NCBI GenBank assembly: GCA_040264055.1
Contig: JBDQJC010000009.1
Location: 2,315-66,314, forward strand
DNA: 64,000 bases
Reading direction: 5' to 3'
From: Planctomycetota bacterium
GTDB taxonomy: Bacteria > Planctomycetota > UBA1135
Shown here: piece after piece, positions 58,889 to 64,000 of the stretch
How positions within the stretch are numbered: the first letter of the stretch is position 1
Layout of the letters: the number at the start of each line of letters is the position of its first letter
Made by a program: the position numbers and the translations under genes
Notes under the pieces: model-generated
Told to the model about the DNA's origin: nothing
What the model saw: only the letters and a program-made list of their open reading frames with translations
Databases searched by the model: none

Positions 58889-61285
58889 CTACAGGTCGAT
58901 GTAGTTACTGACCGTGCAGCTTTGCACGTCCAAGCATTGCACACGAATGTTTCCACATGCGCCGGCTGGCACATTGACGGTGACCGAAGTTGCAGTTCCA
59001 ATCGAAGCGACTTTCGGGTTGGTAATGTCGAAGCTTGCACCTGGGCAAACTGGACCACCGTGCACGTAGTTGCCAGGTGAACCGTAGGTCCAGACAACCA
59101 CGCCACCAGCCGTTTCACCACTGACCTCGAAGGTCATTTGGCCGCCACAGCTGCCCGATTCAATCCCAACTTGGAAGCCCGCCGATCCACCGGTCGTGCC
59201 GCGAACCGCCAAGGCGTAGTCAGCGTCGACTGCACCCGTCTCCGGGTGGGTGTCTTGGTTGACTTCATCGGCGATCACTTCCACGGTCCAGTTACCCGCG
59301 ATCGGGTTTTCCAGAATGACGTGTTCGATCGGATCCTTGGTGTTCGAAGCGCCGCCTGACTGACTGAAGTTGTAGACCGTGCCATTCAAACCACGGTTGC
59401 CCCAGTAGAAGGTGCCGTTCGGATCGGTGACGCGCAGCGACAAGTCGTTGATGCGGTGCAGCGAAGAACTCGTGGTGCCGGCGCGGTCCATGTAGACCAA
59501 GGTAGCTTGGAACTCAGGGGTGCCGGGCGCGACCGTCAGTGTGTAGCTGGTCGATTCGGTTTCCTGCAGTACGTCAGTCTCGTCGACCCAGAACATGCTG
59601 GAAGCGTTGTCGTACATCTTGCGCAGGTCAGGTCGGCCCCAACCTTGATGAATGCGCTTGATGTCAGTCTGGGTGTCCGGGTACTGCCAAGCGGTGTTCA
59701 TCATGATCGCACGCGCCAAAGTCGAGTGCGGGCGGCTATCAAAGACCGAAGCCCCAGTCGTGTTGTTGAAGTAGCCGTTGTGCCACATCTCGTAGAACAG
59801 CGCGAAGTGACCCGAAACAATCGGCGTTGCACCCGAGGTGCCGCCGAAGCTGCTGGTGTTGACGCAATCAATCGAGTCGTAGAAAGCATTCATGTCCGGC
59901 TTGATGCGTCCATCTGCTGCCGGTCCAATCGATGCGCCACTGTTCCAGTTGTCGTTGGCGTTGTTGAAGTCGTTGTAGTGACGAATACCGCCAACCGAAA
60001 CAATGTTCTTGGACCAAGCCTGCGGGCGAGAATCCTGGTTGCCAGCGTTCGACTGCGACTGCGTGATGACGATGTCATTGATGTAAATGATGTCGTCCAT
60101 CTGCTGCGAGACCGAGGTGTACGAGCGGGTGCGCGCGTCACCCCAACTGTTGGTCTGGTAGACAGCCTTGTAGATCTTGCCCGGATCGACCAAGTCGGCG
60201 GTGTGCGCGTAGCGGTTGCCGCCGTAGCTGCCGTAGTCGGCCATGATGCCTTGGGCATCGGGAGCAAGACCACGGTCGGTACCGTTGGTGTCAGCAAAGT
60301 TAATGCTGAAAGTCGAGGTGCCGTGCGCGCTGAAGTTGTAGCCGCCGTGGCTGATCGGGGTGTGGCGCCAAGCGCTGTTACCACCATCGAATCCGGAGTC
60401 GAAGACCTCGGCGCGTACGCCAGTGCCATCAAAGCCGGTCAATCCTTCGACATAGTCAGCGCCCATCAAGTTGCGGACACGATCCATGTCATTCTCTGGA
60501 GCACTCCAGCGATCAATCGCGAGCACTTCGGTTTGCTGGATGACCTGGATCATTTGCTGGGGGGTCAGCGAGGCTTCCAGGATCCAACCTTCATCGATCA
60601 TGGTTTCGACTTCACCGCCAATCGCGCGCACATAGTCGGCGATGACAGCTTTCTGCACCGGGCCCCAAGCGCCCACCACGATGCGGTAGCGATCATTGAC
60701 CACGCGGCCTTGGAAGTAATCGGCGAGCAGATCGTTCTCGATCTTGTAGGCCGGGTGGAACTCTCCGACCCAGCGCACGAAAGGCAGCTTGGCAACTTTC
60801 TCGGCGGTCGCGGCATCCATTTCCCAGACGTTCGCGTGCCAGGCCAAAAAGCGATGATCGACCGCGCCGAGCGAGCGGATCTCTTCGCGCCAAGGCTCCA
60901 GGCCCTGAGTTGCGTACTGCACGATGTACAGTTCGTGGCCTTCCGGCGCTCGCAATTCATCCGGCATGGCCGGTTCGGCTTGCGAGAGCGGGTCGAACTC
61001 AAGGTAGTTCAGCTTGAGGTCATAGGAAGTCTGACGGTCGCGGCCATAGCTTTGGCCACCATCCAAAGAAACGCGATACCAGGGTGTCAGCGTGCCTTCT
61101 TCGTTTGGCGCGGTCCAAGTGATGGCCATGGTGTTGCCATGGCGAATGACCTGTGCATCGTCAGACTGGGCGGGCGCGGGAACCGCTGCCGCCAGAATTA
61201 GGGTAGAGAGGGAGAGGAGCACGGAACCTAAAGAGAAACCGCGCACAAGCGCGGCGAATCTCCAGCCTAGCATTCCAAGCTCCAT
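58889..61285 (-). CDS. Secreted S8 serine peptidase with C-terminal beta domains
   Basis: Triad FDSG, HGT, GTSGATP; GRIKPD; QGWGR; INDLSLRV; exact start uncertain. Confidence 0.88.
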   Translation of the reverse strand: MELGMLGWRFAALVRGFSLGSVLLSLSTLILAAAVPAPAQSDDAQVIRHGNTMAITWTAPNEEGTLTPWYRVSLDGGQSYGRDRQTSYDLKLNYLEFDPLSQAEPAMPDELRAPEGHELYIVQYATQGLEPWREEIRSLGAVDHRFLAWHANVWEMDAATAEKVAKLPFVRWVGEFHPAYKIENDLLADYFQGRVVNDRYRIVVGAWGPVQKAVIADYVRAIGGEVETMIDEGWILEASLTPQQMIQVIQQTEVLAIDRWSAPENDMDRVRNLMGADYVEGLTGFDGTGVRAEVFDSGFDGGNSAWRHTPISHGGYNFSAHGTSTFSINFADTNGTDRGLAPDAQGIMADYGSYGGNRYAHTADLVDPGKIYKAVYQTNSWGDARTRSYTSVSQQMDDIIYINDIVITQSQSNAGNQDSRPQAWSKNIVSVGGIRHYNDFNNANDNWNSGASIGPAADGRIKPDMNAFYDSIDCVNTSSFGGTSGATPIVSGHFALFYEMWHNGYFNNTTGASVFDSRPHSTLARAIMMNTAWQYPDTQTDIKRIHQGWGRPDLRKMYDNASSMFWVDETDVLQETESTSYTLTVAPGTPEFQATLVYMDRAGTTSSSLHRINDLSLRVTDPNGTFYWGNRGLNGTVYNFSQSGGASNTKDPIEHVILENPIAGNWTVEVIADEVNQDTHPETGAVDADYALAVRGTTGGSAGFQVGIESGSCGGQMTFEVSGETAGGVVVWTYGSPGNYVHGGPVCPGASFDITNPKVASIGTATSVTVNVPAGACGNIRVQCLDVQSCTVSNYIDL

Positions 61286-61295
61286 TGTGGCGCTG

Positions 61296-64000
61296 CTACT
61301 GCCCCAAAGCGTCGGCGCGTTTGCCGTAGTCGCGCGCGAGTTCGACTAACCCATAGCTCGCGAAGGCCTTGGCCAAGAAGCGCCAATTGCGATGGCGCTT
61401 CATCAGGCGTTCGCCAAAGAACAGCGGATGGGCAGAACTGTCTTGCGGATGGAGGGTTGCGACAATGGAAGCATCACGCAACAACTCGCCCATGGTGATC
61501 TTGCCCTGATAGACCACACACAACTGGCCTTGTGCGTCAAGCAAGAGGCTCGTCGGTAGGGGGGATCCAGGCGCCGCGCCGAGTACTTCGTAAAGGATTG
61601 CTTCGAGCGCCGAAAGCATGCGTTCGTCGGCATAGCCCGCGTGCTCGCTGAGTCCGAATCGATCGAGCAGCTCAAGCGCGCGTGCGCGTGACTCGATCGG
61701 ATCCGTGTTCAAAGTGACGATGCGCAGGCCGCGTGCAGCGAGCTGATCCGAACGCCGTTGGAATGCGCCAAACTCTTTCAAACAGTTGGCGCAGTTCACT
61801 CCCCAGAGGTTGATCAGGATTGGCCCCGGTCCGAGGCTGGCAACGTTGCGACTTGGGTCGAGGAAGGACGGGATCGGAAGCGCGTGAAGCGGGATCCTCT
61901 CGATCAATGGAATCCGTACGACCGGGTTGCCGACTCGAGGCACAGCGAGACTCGGCGCCGCAGCAAGCGTGGTTGCAGCAGAGGCTCGCGCAGTGCTTTG
62001 CGCTTCGCCCTCGATCAGGCGGTAGCTCTGGTTCACGAGCAGATCCTTCCAGGTCTCAACTTCGCCGCTCGGCCAATGCACACGCAGCTCTTCCACGCGC
62101 TTGGCCGTACCAAGTCCAAAATGCAGAGTCTTGCTGGACTGCGCCAAGAAGCTGTCGCCGGCTTGCAGGGTGCGACGGAACTCCTGGCCGCCGGCCTTCA
62201 CGAACACGCGTGCGCCGATCGCATCGCGATTGCTTTTCCGTCCCTCAAGCTGAACCGCCAAATAGCTCCCGGCATCGGCTTGATTCAGCATCAATCGAAA
62301 CCTTGGTGCCGTGCGCGAGCGTAGCAACAAGTCAAGACGGCCATCGCCATCCCAATCGGTGCTGATGACGGCGCGCCCGTCGTCAGCAAAATCCGTATGC
62401 GAGACAGCGCTGACATCTGAAAACGAGCCGTCTCCGGCATTCAAGAATAGGTGGTTCTGCTCGCCGCCACTCCAGGACACGCCCTGCGTGCGGGTGAGTT
62501 CTTGAATGCTCGACCAAGCTTGTTCGTATTCTTCGGTTGCTTCTTCATCGGTGGGGGATTGCGACGTCACGCGTCGCCAGAAGAAACTTCACAAGTCATC
62601 CTTGATCGGCCCGGTCAGAAATCCGTTGGGCGCGTAAATGTCCGGAAGCCCATCGTTATTGAAGTCGACAAACTGCGAGCCCCAACTCCAACCCGCAATC
62701 GCGATGCCGGCGGTTTCGGTAACGTCGTGGAAGTTGCCCTTACCGTCATTAGCGAGCAGCGTATTGCCGCGCGCATGGCGCACATACTCCTGCGCGACCT
62801 CTCCGTGGTTCTCGCCTTGGAACTGCTGTTGCGGCGCGATCCTGAGCCCGGCCGAGCTGAACATATTGGTGACCAATAAGTCCATGTCGCCATCGCGATC
62901 GAAGTCGGCGGTGGAAAGGCCCATGCCTGCTGCCCGGTCTTCGGCGCCGCGCTCGGTCGCGACATCGCGGAACTTACCCCCTTCGTTGAGGTAAAGGTTG
63001 TTGTCGCCAAAATCATTGGCGACATAGAGGTCCATATCGCCATCATCGTCGAAGTCTTCCCAGATTGACGCCAAGCTGAACTTGCGGTTGTTGTGGTCGA
63101 GGCCGACCTCCACCGTGGCATGGGTGAACTTGCCAGGGCCGTCGTTGCGCCAATAGAAGTTGGACGCACCATTGTTCGCGTTGTGATAAGGCGTGGGAAC
63201 GCCGCCCATGATCCCGTTCGCGACATAACGCACCGCGTACAAGTCGAGGTCGCCGTCTTGATCCGCGTCGGCGGCTGACAACGAATACACGTCTTCGGCC
63301 CCGGTTCCATTCAGCGGTGTGAAGTCACCGAAACGACCCGAGCCATCGTTGTAGGCGACCAGCAAATTGGGCCCGAGCGAAGCAACGAAATCTTGGTCTC
63401 CATCGTTATCCAGGTCGAGGAAAAGCGCCGAGCGGGTCGACTCCAAGAATCCCAGGCGACTGGCCTCAGTCGCGTCGCGCAGGCTACCGTCCGCGGTATG
63501 CATCATCAGACGGTTGGGGACGCCGCCATGATTGCAGAGGTACAAGTCGTCGCGTCCATCGCCGTTGACATCGCCCAGGCTCATGCCTTGTGAGCCGATA
63601 AAGGCTTGGCTCATCAGTCGATCAGACTTTTGGTGATAGTCATCGACACCGGTCAGGACTTCGCGTTCCCAGAAGGCAAGGTCTGCGGCGACATGCGAAG
63701 TGATCTCGCGGAACAAGGGCCGCGAGGTATGGACTTCTTCGTATTCCAGAACCGCGATCCCGCGCAAGCTCGGCTTGTCCTCGGCGTCGACCGACCAATC
63801 GGTCATCCAGACCGCATTGATTTGCACCTGCGATCCGTCTGGCTTCGAGACCGACCAATGCACCAGCAGCTTGCCGCGGAAGGAGTCCGGCTCGATTTGA
63901 AGGTCGATGAACTTCAGAAAAGGGTGGGGGTGCGCGCCGCTTAGCGTCGCCCGAATCGGTGCCGTGAGTTCGGCCAGCGGGTGTGGCTCGGTCAGGGCCG
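61296..64000 (-). CDS. CRTAC1-like FG-GAP + ASPIC/UnbV + thioredoxin-like protein, 5' end outside window; single in-frame TGA at 62589-62591 (candidate selenocysteine; otherwise two ORFs 62589..>64000 and 61296..62570)
   Basis: Frame open from the window edge; FG-GAP repeats on both sides of ..IKDDL*SFFWRRVTSQSP..; SNRDAIGARV, LHFGLG, VHWPSG (ASPIC/UnbV); NLWGVNCANC (TlpA-like CxxC). Confidence 0.8.
62561..62577 (-). promoter_or_regulatory. Candidate bacterial SECIS element
   Basis: Stem GCGACG/CGTCGC, loop CGTGA, starting 11 nt after the in-frame TGA. Confidence 0.6.

Noticed and set aside
59456-61201. 581-aa ORF on the plus strand
   Set aside because: Antisense shadow of the S8 peptidase with strong codon bias; no motifs
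1-64000. CRISPR arrays, tRNA/rRNA, IS elements, prophage or defence genes
   Set aside because: No spaced repeats, RNA gene signatures, transposase, integrase or phage motifs seen by eye

Overview
GC-rich bacterial window, gene-dense, with no rRNA, tRNA, CRISPR array or mobile element detected. Gene content (several sulfatases, SASA esterases, FG-GAP/ASPIC-UnbV proteins, TPR-redoxin fusion) suggests Planctomycetota; this is inference. It holds about 45 CDS: a fused 2-oxoacid dehydrogenase E1 coupled to a FabD-like acyltransferase; a sulfatase/O-acetylesterase/PQQ sugar dehydrogenase cluster; a desaturase-HTTM operon; trhO-GST; a copper efflux cluster (cusCBA, a 4x Cys-repeat protein, copA); and many secreted proteins. 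Two observations stand out. (1) The FG-GAP ORF and the ASPIC-UnbV/thioredoxin ORF at the right end are in one frame, separated only by a single TGA (62589-62591, minus strand). A hairpin matching the bacterial SECIS consensus starts 11 nt after it, so this is a candidate selenoprotein. (2) Six secreted proteins with unrelated N-terminal domains appear to share a C-terminal domain of about 95-130 aa, a candidate lineage-specific sorting or surface-attachment signal. All calls are from motif reading by eye; no database searches were run.
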